From an uncultured Acidobacteriota bacterium (GTDB taxonomy: Bacteria > Acidobacteriota > Vicinamibacteria > Vicinamibacterales > UBA8438), in NCBI GenBank assembly GCA_913043225.1, contig CAJWLU010000016.1:9135-73134 (forward strand): a stretch of DNA of 64,000 nucleotides, written 5' to 3'. The notes beneath the pieces were generated by a model. That model had not been told where the DNA came from. It saw only the letters and a program-made list of their open reading frames with translations, and did not search any database. This document shows, piece after piece, positions 56,170 through 64,000 of this stretch (position 1 is its first letter; each line of letters begins with the position of its first letter). Made by a program: the position numbers and the translations under genes.

Positions 56170-56430
56170 ATGTCACACAAAAAAGGGCAAGGCAGTTCAA
56201 GGAACGGGCGCGACAGTAACGCACAGCGCCTGGGCGTCAAGCGATTCGATGGCAACATCGTGACCGGCGGCTCGATCCTGGTGCGCCAGCGGGGCTCGCG
56301 ATTCAACGCCGGCCTCAATGTCGGCAAGGGCAAGGACGACACGTTGTTTGCCAAGATCGGTGGCCAGGTGCGCTTCGAAGACCACGGCTCGAAGGGCCGC
56401 TTCATCAGCGTCGTACCCGCCGACGCATAG
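56170..56430 (+). CDS. rpmA: 50S ribosomal protein L27
   Basis: [30 protein letters not shown]. Confidence 0.98.
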   Translation: MSHKKGQGSSRNGRDSNAQRLGVKRFDGNIVTGGSILVRQRGSRFNAGLNVGKGKDDTLFAKIGGQVRFEDHGSKGRFISVVPADA

Positions 56431-56481
56431 CCCCCTGTTGCACGGCCGCGGCTCATTCCGCATCCCGCTCACATCCCAGGC

Positions 56482-57564
56482 ATGTTCGTCGACGAGGTCG
56501 ACATCCAGGTGACTGCCGGAGACGGCGGCCGCGGCTGTCTGAGCTTTCGTCGGGAGAAGTTCGCTCCCAAAGGCGGACCTGACGGCGGCGACGGCGGCTG
56601 CGGCGGATCCATCGCGCTGGTCGCGAGCCCCCATCTCAACACCCTGATCTCGTTCCGCTTCCACCCCTCCTATCACGCTAAGCGCGGTGCGCACGGCCAA
56701 GGCTCGAACCGCAGCGGAAAAGATGGCGGCGACCTGCTGCTTGATGTGCCGGTCGGCACCGTCGCCTACGAGAGTATTGAGGACGGCCTGATCGAAGTGG
56801 CCGACCTCAAGGCTCCGGGGCAGCGTGTGGTGGTAGCCAGAGGCGGCGACGGCGGGCGTGGGAACCAGCACTTCGCCACCTCCACCAATCAGGCGCCACG
56901 ACGCTCCGAACCCGGATGGCCGGGTGAAGATAAGACGCTCAAGCTACGATTGAAACTGCTGGCCGATGTCGGGCTGGTGGGCTTCCCCAACGTGGGCAAG
57001 TCGACGCTGATCTCACGGATCTCGGCTGCACGCCCGAAGATTGCCGACTACCCGTTCACGACGCTCAGCCCTAACCTCGGGGTCGTTAGCATGTCGGACG
57101 AGCGGAGCTTAGTGGTGGCCGACGTCCCCGGTCTGATCGAGGGCGCCCACAAGGGCCACGGGCTGGGCGACCGGTTTCTGAGTCACCTTGAACGCACCCG
57201 AGTGCTGGTACACCTCGTCGACATGTCATCTTTCTCTGGTCGCGACCCAGTGGAAGACTTCAACATCATCCAGCAGGAACTCGGCCAGTTTATCGACGAA
57301 CAAGCCGACCAACCTGACGCAACGCTGGCCGACAAACCGCAGATCGTGGCCGCCAGCAAGATGGACGCAATCGATGAGCCTGACCGACTCGAACGGCTGC
57401 GGACACACATCGAACCGATGGGGCTGCGAGTGATGCCGATCTCGGCCGTCACCGGCCAGGGGGTCTCGCAGCTCCTCGAAGCGGTCTGGGCCATCTATCA
57501 GACCGAACCCGATGAACTCGGAAACTTCGAGGATCCTGTCGACCCACCGCTACCCAGCTCATGA
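56482..57564 (+). CDS. obgE: GTPase ObgE
   Basis: MFVDEV, SFRREKF, GFPNVGKS, KIADYPFTT, DVPGLIEGA. Confidence 0.97.
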   Translation: MFVDEVDIQVTAGDGGRGCLSFRREKFAPKGGPDGGDGGCGGSIALVASPHLNTLISFRFHPSYHAKRGAHGQGSNRSGKDGGDLLLDVPVGTVAYESIEDGLIEVADLKAPGQRVVVARGGDGGRGNQHFATSTNQAPRRSEPGWPGEDKTLKLRLKLLADVGLVGFPNVGKSTLISRISAARPKIADYPFTTLSPNLGVVSMSDERSLVVADVPGLIEGAHKGHGLGDRFLSHLERTRVLVHLVDMSSFSGRDPVEDFNIIQQELGQFIDEQADQPDATLADKPQIVAASKMDAIDEPDRLERLRTHIEPMGLRVMPISAVTGQGVSQLLEAVWAIYQTEPDELGNFEDPVDPPLPSS

Positions 57565-58214
57565 CCTCGGAACGCACCGGCATCCTAGGGGGACGGTTCG
57601 ATCCGGTCCATCTCGGCCATATAGCCACGGCCGCGCTGGCGCGGCGCGAACTGGCGCTCGACCGGGTTCTGCTGTTACCGTCTGGACCGTCACCCCATCG
57701 GGCCGCGCTGGCACGAGCCGCCGATACCGACCGGCTGGAGATGACGCGGCTTACGGCGGAGACGGTGTCTTGGCTCGACGTTGAGGACGCCGAAATACGG
57801 TCGGCCGAACCGTCGTACACCTCGGTGACACTCGGAAAGCTGGCTGAGGCCGGGCATCAGCCGACGCGGTTATTCTTCATCGTGGGCGCCGACGCCTTCG
57901 CAGACATCGCCACGTGGCACGACTATCCGGCCGTCTTCGACCGCGCGCACTTCGCCGTGGTCTCGCGACCCGGCCACCCGGTGGACGCACTGCGCCGACG
58001 CCTGCCGACGCTAGCCACCCGAATGAGGGTCGCCACACCTGTGCATGCCCCCGCACTGGCCATTCATCTGCTCGACGCCGAAACGCCGGCCATCTCATCG
58101 ACGGCCATCCGTGTTCGGCTGCAGGCGGGACAATCGGTCGATGACCTGGTGCCCGAGCCGGTCGCGGCCTACATCAGCACCCATGGTCTCTATCGTGCCC
58201 CTAGCGGCGAGTAG
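57561..58214 (+). CDS. nadD: Nicotinate-nucleotide adenylyltransferase
   Basis: GGRFDPVHLGH, SYT, FIVGAD, ISSTAIR, GLY. Confidence 0.93.
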   Translation: MTSERTGILGGRFDPVHLGHIATAALARRELALDRVLLLPSGPSPHRAALARAADTDRLEMTRLTAETVSWLDVEDAEIRSAEPSYTSVTLGKLAEAGHQPTRLFFIVGADAFADIATWHDYPAVFDRAHFAVVSRPGHPVDALRRRLPTLATRMRVATPVHAPALAIHLLDAETPAISSTAIRVRLQAGQSVDDLVPEPVAAYISTHGLYRAPSGE

Positions 58215-58219
58215 CTTGC

Positions 58220-58591
58220 ATGACAGAACCCGAGACACCCGCGCTTGACGAGAGCACGCTGCCAGAGCCACTCGACGACGTGGTCGAGGCAATGCGTGAC
58301 AAGAAGGCGGAAGCACTCACTCTCCTCGATCTGCGAGAATCTGGCGCCTTCACCGACTACTTCCTGATCTGCTCGGGCCGCAGCACCAGGCAGGTGAAGG
58401 CAATCACCGACGGCATCCTTGAGACGCTGAAAATACTGGACCGGCGCCCAGCGCATATCGAGGGGCAAACCACCGCCGACTGGGTACTGATCGACTGTTT
58501 CGACTTCATCGTCCATGTGTTCACTCCCGAGACCCGCAGCTTCTATGCGCTTGAGCGTCTCTGGGGGAACTCCCGCGAGGTCGACGTCTAG
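58220..58591 (+). CDS. rsfS: Ribosome silencing factor
   Basis: DKKAE, TDYFLICSG, WVLID, FYALERLW. Confidence 0.95.
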   Translation: MTEPETPALDESTLPEPLDDVVEAMRDKKAEALTLLDLRESGAFTDYFLICSGRSTRQVKAITDGILETLKILDRRPAHIEGQTTADWVLIDCFDFIVHVFTPETRSFYALERLWGNSREVDV

Positions 58592-58594
58592 CCC

Positions 58595-58861
58595 CAGCCT
58601 CACCACCCTTCTAAGACCCCGTGCTGACCGCCACGCCAGGCGCCGGCGAACGTGCGGGCGCAACCGGGCGGTCGCCTTGGCTCGCAACAGAATCAGCGTC
58701 GAAACGTTCAAGGGCGCGGTACGCTCCGGCTAAGAGCGGCAGCGACTCGGTGGAGCTCGTGTCGTGCTAGTGGACGACATGCTGACGACCGGGACCACGC
58801 TCGGGGCCTGCCCCTGGCGCTTCGGGCCGCAGCGAGGCGGGACTGCTGGTGCTTACGCTGA
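58595..58861 (+). pseudogene. comF: ComF-family phosphoribosyltransferase remnant
   Basis: 58743-58811 reads RLGGARVVLVDDMLTTGTTLGAC (PRPP-binding motif) behind an in-frame TAA at 58731; another frame gives QRRNVQG (ComF RxxNVxGAF). No zinc-finger N-terminus. Confidence 0.72.
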
Positions 58862-59437
58862 CGAAAGTCTTGTGCTCACGGCGGCCATGACCCCGGCCGC
58901 CACGTCTTCCTTCGAGCCCTGACCGTCCACACGCAACCAGTCGGACTGAGCGGCCTGCCGGAGATAACTCTCCCGCACCCGGCCCAACAACTCGAGGTCC
59001 TGTTCGTAGCGGTCGCGTCCGGTGACCTTCCGTTCGACCGCTAGCGCCGGATCAATATCGAGGAGAATTGTCAGCTCTGGAGCCGGCAAGAAGCGTTGCG
59101 CTTCAGTCAACCACCCTACATCTAGACCCTGAGCCTCGCCATAGGCGATGCTCGACGCCATGTAGCGGTCGCACACCACCACCAGCCCGCCATCGAGCCA
59201 GCGAATCAGGTCGCCCTTTCGCTCGTAGCGGTTGGCGATGTAGAGCAGCTGCATCACCTCGGACTCGTAGTCACGTTCCCCCTGGAGCGCCCGCGCGATC
59301 TCCTCGCCAATCGAGGTGCCATAATCAGGGAACGAGACCAGCCGCGACCGGGTGCCCCCTTCACGCAGGCCGTCACGCAAGCGCTGCGCCTGGGTCTCCT
59401 TCCCACTCTGATCCAGTCCCTCGATCGCAATCAACAT
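58853..59437 (-). CDS. tmk: Thymidylate kinase
   Basis: IAIEGLDQSGKETQ, SFPDY, ANR, CDRYMASSIAYG. Confidence 0.93.
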   Translation of the reverse strand: MLIAIEGLDQSGKETQAQRLRDGLREGGTRSRLVSFPDYGTSIGEEIARALQGERDYESEVMQLLYIANRYERKGDLIRWLDGGLVVVCDRYMASSIAYGEAQGLDVGWLTEAQRFLPAPELTILLDIDPALAVERKVTGRDRYEQDLELLGRVRESYLRQAAQSDWLRVDGQGSKEDVAAGVMAAVSTRLSSA

Positions 59438-59447
59438 CTGCGTGCCA

Positions 59448-60692
59448 CTACCCTTCTTCGAAGGACAGCTGGTCGTCGATGGTCTGCCGTCGACGCGACA
59501 GACGCCACTCGCCGCCGTCCACCATAACTTCCGCCGGCAAGGGGTGCCGGTTGTAGTTGTTCGCCATGGCCGACCCGTAGGCGCCAGCATCGAGCACGGC
59601 CATCAAATCGCCCACCTCTGGCCGGGGCAGCTCACGGTCGGCGCCAAACAGATCCGAGGTCTCGCAGATCGGTCCCACTACGTCACACGTGATCGCTTCG
59701 CCGTCCCCCGGCAGCACCGGCCGCACACAGTGATAGGCCCCGTAGAGCGCCGGGCGAAGTAGTTCGCTCATGCCGGCGTCGAGCACCACGAATAACTTCC
59801 CGTCTGGGCGCGGCTTGACGTCGACCACCGACGCGACCAGCACGCCTGCGGCGCCCACCACGGCTCGCCCCGGCTCGATGACGATGCTCAGGCCCGAGTC
59901 GCTGACTAGGTCGACCAGCACGGCCGCGTAGTCGGCCGGTGAGGGCGCCACCTCGTCGTTGTACTGGATACCCAAGCCCCCGCCCAGATCGAGATGCTCA
60001 AGCTGGATACCATCGTCGGCCAGCTCGCTGGTCAGTGCGAGCACCTTGTCGGTGGCCTGGCGAACCGGGTCAAGACCGAGCATCTGCGAGCCAACGTGCA
60101 CATGCAGCCCTACCACGCGAAGCTCGGACCAACGGGCCGCAGTGCGCAGGATCTCGCGCGCATCGGCCAGCGGCACTCCGAACTTGTGCCTGCTCAATCC
60201 GGTCGAGATGTGCGGATGGCTGTCGGCGGCAATGTCAGGGTTGACCCGGAGAGCGACACGCGCGCTCACGCCAAGCTGGCGGGCCGCCCCGGCCACCCGC
60301 TCCAGCTCACCGGCCGACTCGGCGTTGATCGTCTTCACCCCGAGTGCCACTGCCTGGTCGAGCTCGGCCGGGGTCTTCCCCACGCCGGTGAAGACGATGT
60401 CCTCGGGAGCGTAGCCGGCGCGGCGCGCCACCTCGATCTCGCCCCCAGAGTTCGCGTCAGCGAGGCCTCCAGCCTCACGGACCACGCGGAGCACGGCCAG
60501 GCTCGAATTCGCTTTGAGCGCGTAGTGCACGGCGTGCGGATAGTCGCCGAAGCCCGCCACCAGCTGCTGGATCCGGTCGCGGATCATCACCCCGCTGTAG
60601 ACGTAGCAGGGAGTTCCGACAGCCTCGGCGATAGTGGCCAGAGAGATGCCGTCACACGACAGGACCGCGCCTTCCCGGTCGAATCCACGCAT
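59448..60692 (-). CDS. lysA: Diaminopimelate decarboxylase
   Basis: GTPCYVYS, PLP Lys YALKAN, HVHVGSQ, DLGGG, EPGR, GPICETSD, GAYG. Confidence 0.95.
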   Translation of the reverse strand: MRGFDREGAVLSCDGISLATIAEAVGTPCYVYSGVMIRDRIQQLVAGFGDYPHAVHYALKANSSLAVLRVVREAGGLADANSGGEIEVARRAGYAPEDIVFTGVGKTPAELDQAVALGVKTINAESAGELERVAGAARQLGVSARVALRVNPDIAADSHPHISTGLSRHKFGVPLADAREILRTAARWSELRVVGLHVHVGSQMLGLDPVRQATDKVLALTSELADDGIQLEHLDLGGGLGIQYNDEVAPSPADYAAVLVDLVSDSGLSIVIEPGRAVVGAAGVLVASVVDVKPRPDGKLFVVLDAGMSELLRPALYGAYHCVRPVLPGDGEAITCDVVGPICETSDLFGADRELPRPEVGDLMAVLDAGAYGSAMANNYNRHPLPAEVMVDGGEWRLSRRRQTIDDQLSFEEG

Positions 60693-60803
60693 GAACCCGG
60701 CATTGTAGTCCCGCCGTCGGAACGACACAAAGCCGTACGTCGGATTGACTCCACTTCGGGCCGGCAGCAGAATGGGGCTCGGTTCCCCGTCCTCCGCCAC
60801 ACC

Positions 60804-61415
60804 ATGCTTGCCGGTTCAGCGCGCCAGTCTCCGGAAGCGACCGAACAACTGATCGACGGGTGCCTGCAGGGCGACCAGGCCGCCTGGGACCAAATCGTCC
60901 AGAAGTACCGGCGCAAGGTCTTCAACGTGGCGTACAAGTTCGTGGGTCGCCACGAACTGGCAGAGGATCTGACTCAGGAGATCTTCCTGAGGATCTTCAA
61001 GGCTCTCGACACCTTCGACCGCCGCGCCAACTTCCAGACCTGGCTGATCAGCGTCAGCCGCAACCTCTGCATCGATCACTACCGGAGTGTTCGCAAGGAG
61101 CGTGAGTTCGTGGACCGGAACGTCGACGCGGGCGACATCTCGACCGCCAGCAACGAACCAGATGCGCTGGTCACCCTCGAGCGGGGCGACCGCCGCGACA
61201 TGCTGCATCACGCCCTGGCCCAGCTGACAGACGCGCTGCGCACGGCCGTCATGCTGCGCGACATCAAGGAACTGTCGTATCAGGAGATCGCCACCAGGCT
61301 CGAGTTGCCGGAAGGCACGGTGAAGTCCAGGATCAACCGTGGGCGCAAGGAGCTCGTGCGCCAGATCCGCAAGCTCATGGCCGAGCAGAGAGCGAGCGCG
61401 GGATCACAGGAGTGA
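60804..61415 (+). CDS. ECF sigma-70 family sigma factor
   Basis: AEDLTQEIF, FQTWLISVSRN, LSYQEIA...GTVKSRINR; true start ATG 60804. Confidence 0.92.
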   Translation: MLAGSARQSPEATEQLIDGCLQGDQAAWDQIVQKYRRKVFNVAYKFVGRHELAEDLTQEIFLRIFKALDTFDRRANFQTWLISVSRNLCIDHYRSVRKEREFVDRNVDAGDISTASNEPDALVTLERGDRRDMLHHALAQLTDALRTAVMLRDIKELSYQEIATRLELPEGTVKSRINRGRKELVRQIRKLMAEQRASAGSQE

Positions 61416-61419
61416 AGGA

Positions 61420-61761
61420 ATGAACCTGACCACAGATCACAATGACGGCGTGGCCATCGTCCGCGTCGGGGAAACCCGGCTGATGTATCCACTGCTGTCC
61501 GAATTTTCCGGCGCGGTCACGACGCTAATCAAGAACGGGCAGCAGAAGGTGCTCATCGACCTCTCACCGGTGGTCTACGTCGACAGCGCGTCGATCGGAT
61601 GTCTGATGGATCTCTACAGGCAAACCGCGGCGGCCGGCGGCACCTTGAAGCTGTCGGGGATCCAGAAGCGGGTAGAGACGATGCTGACCATGACGGGCGC
61701 TCAGCAGTTCATCGAGGTACACGCCGACGAGCAGGGCGCCCTCGATACCTTTAGGGAGTAG
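61420..61761 (+). CDS. STAS-domain protein (anti-sigma factor antagonist, SpoIIAA/RsbV-like)
   Basis: VLIDLSPVVYVDSASIG with the conserved phospho-Ser; SD GGAG/AAGG. Confidence 0.87.
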   Translation: MNLTTDHNDGVAIVRVGETRLMYPLLSEFSGAVTTLIKNGQQKVLIDLSPVVYVDSASIGCLMDLYRQTAAAGGTLKLSGIQKRVETMLTMTGAQQFIEVHADEQGALDTFRE

Positions 61762-61763
61762 CC

Positions 61764-62033
61764 ATGCGCACCATCACCACGAAGAGCGGCGCTGAGTTCT
61801 CGCTTGACGGGGACCTCCTCAGCCTGCTGGAAACGCTCTATAGGGAGCTAAACACGCGGTATGCGCTGGACCGAACCTTCGAAGACACCATCCGGGAGAT
61901 CAACGAGATCCTGGACCAGATGTCCGAGGACGAACGCCGCGCCTACCTGGTGGAAAGCCTGTTCCTGAACACCGTAACCTACGAGAACGAACGGCTCGGC
62001 GCCTACATGCGAAAGCTCACCAAGCCGAGCTAA
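61764..62033 (+). CDS. Small helical protein of unknown function (89 aa)
   Basis: SD GGGAG, starts 2 nt after the STAS stop, coding-like codon usage. Confidence 0.75.
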   Translation: MRTITTKSGAEFSLDGDLLSLLETLYRELNTRYALDRTFEDTIREINEILDQMSEDERRAYLVESLFLNTVTYENERLGAYMRKLTKPS

Positions 62034-62057
62034 TCCCGCCCAGTCGGTCCCCACGAC

Positions 62058-62434
62058 ATGTCACTGAACCATCTAGCAACCCGTTTCGGCTGCTCCTGGC
62101 CCTGGGAGACGCTGGCGCTCAGCTGCGCCTGAGGACCCGTGTCCGTAACCTTTCCACCCGCGCTTTCCCAGCCCAGGCCTGCTACGTCCGCCGCCTGGTC
62201 CGACTGGACGCGCAGCTCTGCGCCGCCGACGGACAGGTCACCAACCGCGACCACGCGCGCGCCCGGCTGCCAGTGATGCTCGAACCGGGTCAGATCAGCG
62301 AGATTGAGATCGAGATACCCCTGCCAACCAACCGAGGCCTGTATCGGATGAAGTTCGATCTTGTGAGTGAGGGAATCGACCGGTTCGAGGACCGCGGGTC
62401 GCCAACGACCAGCTTGCCAGTACTGGTTTGGTGA
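62058..62434 (+). pseudogene. Internally deleted SPASM/radical-SAM-like gene with an Ig-like C-terminal domain
   Basis: ATG 62058 gives MSLNHLATRFGCSWPWETL (CxxPW SPASM-type start) and stops at 62130; a second frame reads RNLSTRAFPAQ...RLPVMLEPGQ...GLYRMKFDLVSEGIDRFE...* to 62434 with no start codon of its own. Confidence 0.55.
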
Positions 62435-62460
62435 CGCCCCAAGGCTGAAACAGGGAGGGG

Positions 62461-63372
62461 CTAGTTCGGCACCGGAGCCGGGGTCTTGGCCACCACGTTG
62501 GCGGCCGCCGGTTCGACGAGACCAGCCTCGACGATCTCCCAGGCGCCGGTCTCCTTGAGCAGCTTCTTCGCAAAGGCGGCATGCAGCTCGTGCCCACCTC
62601 GATGGGCCACGAGGTGGCCAACGACCGGGTGACCCACAAGCGCGAGATCACCGATCACATCGAGAATCTTGTGCCGGACGAACTCGTCTTCGAAACGCAG
62701 TGAGTTGTTGAGCACGCCTGTCTCACCCAGCACCACCGCGTTGTCGAGCGAGCCGCCCAGGGCCAGCCCCTTCTGCCGCATCATCTCCACTTCTTTGAGG
62801 AAGCCGAAGGTGCGGGCGGGCGCGATCTGATCGACGAAGCTCTCGGCGGTCACCCGGAGCGAGTGGGTCATGTGACGCAACAGCGGATGGTCGAAACTGA
62901 TGCTATAGGTCACCTTGAAGTGGTCCGAGGGATACAAGGAAATCCGCTTGTCGCCGAGAGACAGGGAGACGGGCCGCAGCACCTTCAGATACGAACGCGG
63001 CTGCGCCAGCCGCTTGAACCCAGCTTCGTGGACGAGATACACGAACGACGCCGCACTCCCGTCCATGATGGGCACCTCGGCCTGGTTCAGCTCGACGATG
63101 ACGTTGTCGACGCCCAGGCTAACCAGCGCCGCCAGCAGATGCTCGACGGTCTCGACCGTCCCGGCGTCACGGGAGAGCCCGGTGGCATAGTGCAGCCGAT
63201 CGACGTTGTCGACCGTGGCGGGAATCTCAACGCCGCCGAGGTCCGCTCGCCGGAACCGGATACCGGAACCGGCACGGGCCGGTTTCAGCGATAAAGTCAC
63301 CTTTTGTCCCGAGTGCAAGCCAATGCCTGAACAGGAGACAGATCGACGAATTGTATGCTGCGCGTCAGTCAC
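62461..63372 (-). CDS. lpxC: UDP-3-O-acyl-N-acetylglucosamine deacetylase
   Basis: GIGLHSG, TVEHLLAAL, PIMDGSA, ARTFGF, RHKILDVIGD, GGH. Confidence 0.96.
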   Translation of the reverse strand: MTDAQHTIRRSVSCSGIGLHSGQKVTLSLKPARAGSGIRFRRADLGGVEIPATVDNVDRLHYATGLSRDAGTVETVEHLLAALVSLGVDNVIVELNQAEVPIMDGSAASFVYLVHEAGFKRLAQPRSYLKVLRPVSLSLGDKRISLYPSDHFKVTYSISFDHPLLRHMTHSLRVTAESFVDQIAPARTFGFLKEVEMMRQKGLALGGSLDNAVVLGETGVLNNSLRFEDEFVRHKILDVIGDLALVGHPVVGHLVAHRGGHELHAAFAKKLLKETGAWEIVEAGLVEPAAANVVAKTPAPVPN

Positions 63373-63608
63373 GGTCCGGCTTACCCCCAAGCTGGTGGTG
63401 CAGTTGCACCCATGGTCTCCGAGGACGAAGCAAGACTGACATCGCTTTCCTTCCCACTGGAAACTTGTCGTAAGTAGCTAACATCTAAGGGCTTATGACT
63501 TTTCTGTCGGTTGACAGATCACGACGCGACAGTCGACTCTGGTAAAACGGCCACGCCTGAAACCACCTCAGGTGTGGCTGTTGTACCACATAACGACCCT
63601 ATTGTCAG

Positions 63609-64000
63609 CTATTTGGACAGATTTCGATCCGAATCGAGCAGGTTCGACAGATAGGATCCGGTCACAGAATCCGCCACCGTTGTCAGCTCTTCCGGAGACC
63701 CGGCGCCCACCACCTGCCCCCCGCCATCGCCGCCGCCGGGGCCCATATCGATGACGTGGTCGGCGCTCTTGATCACGTCAAGCTGATGCTCGATGACCAC
63801 CACGGTGTTCCCCTGGTCGACCAGCTTCTGGAGGACGTTGAGCAGCTTCCGAGTGTCTTCGAAGTGGAGACCCGTGGTCGGCTCATCGAGGATGTAGACC
63901 GTCCGGCCGGTGCTCCGGCGCGAGAGCTCCTTGGCCAGCTTCACCCGCTGCGCCTCCCCACCCGAGAGCGTGGTGGCCGACTGCCCGAGGCTGACATAGC
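63609..64000 (-). CDS. uvrA: Excinuclease ABC subunit A, C-terminal part; 5' end outside the window
   Basis: [51 protein letters not shown]. Confidence 0.93.
   Translation of the reverse strand, partial: YVSLGQSATTLSGGEAQRVKLAKELSRRSTGRTVYILDEPTTGLHFEDTRKLLNVLQKLVDQGNTVVVIEHQLDVIKSADHVIDMGPGGGDGGGQVVGAGSPEELTTVADSVTGSYLSNLLDSDRNLSK

Overview
GC-rich bacterial chromosome segment, mostly housekeeping. Gene order and protein motifs suggest Acidobacteriota (Vicinamibacteria-like); this is an inference. Left to right: the 3' end of a KamA-family radical SAM gene; an OpuB/EgtU-type ABC importer, terB, an AI-2E transporter and egtD plus an egtB-like sulfoxide synthase (ergothioneine-type locus); tRNA-Leu(TAG)-tig-clpP-clpX-lon-engB-rpmE; the MrfA/MrfB (YprA/YprB) repair pair; class II ribonucleotide reductase nrdJ with two NrdR boxes; a long minus-strand run (ECF sigma/anti-sigma, APC permease, hslVU, FN3 lipoprotein, FAH hydrolase, transaldolase, acyl-CoA carboxylase subunits, tamB, tamA/bamA-like, SurA-like); an ABC-F ATPase and an NtrC-type regulator; xerC-trmFO-topA; rplU-rpmA-obgE-nadD-rsfS; tmk, lysA; an ECF sigma-STAS-small protein operon; lpxC; and the 3' end of uvrA. 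No CRISPR array, prophage or IS was seen. Most notable: (i) a fungal-Egt1-like sulfoxide synthase with EgtD, facing an EgtU-like importer and an aminomutase-like gene; (ii) a four-copy 11-bp-periodic operator lying over the mrfAB promoter; (iii) an ECF sigma coupled to a phosphorylatable STAS protein, an 89-aa unknown protein and an internally deleted SPASM-type gene; (iv) six gene remnants, including both dprA and comF, pointing to ongoing decay and loss of competence; (v) a candidate structured ncRNA at about 54.97-55.07 kb.
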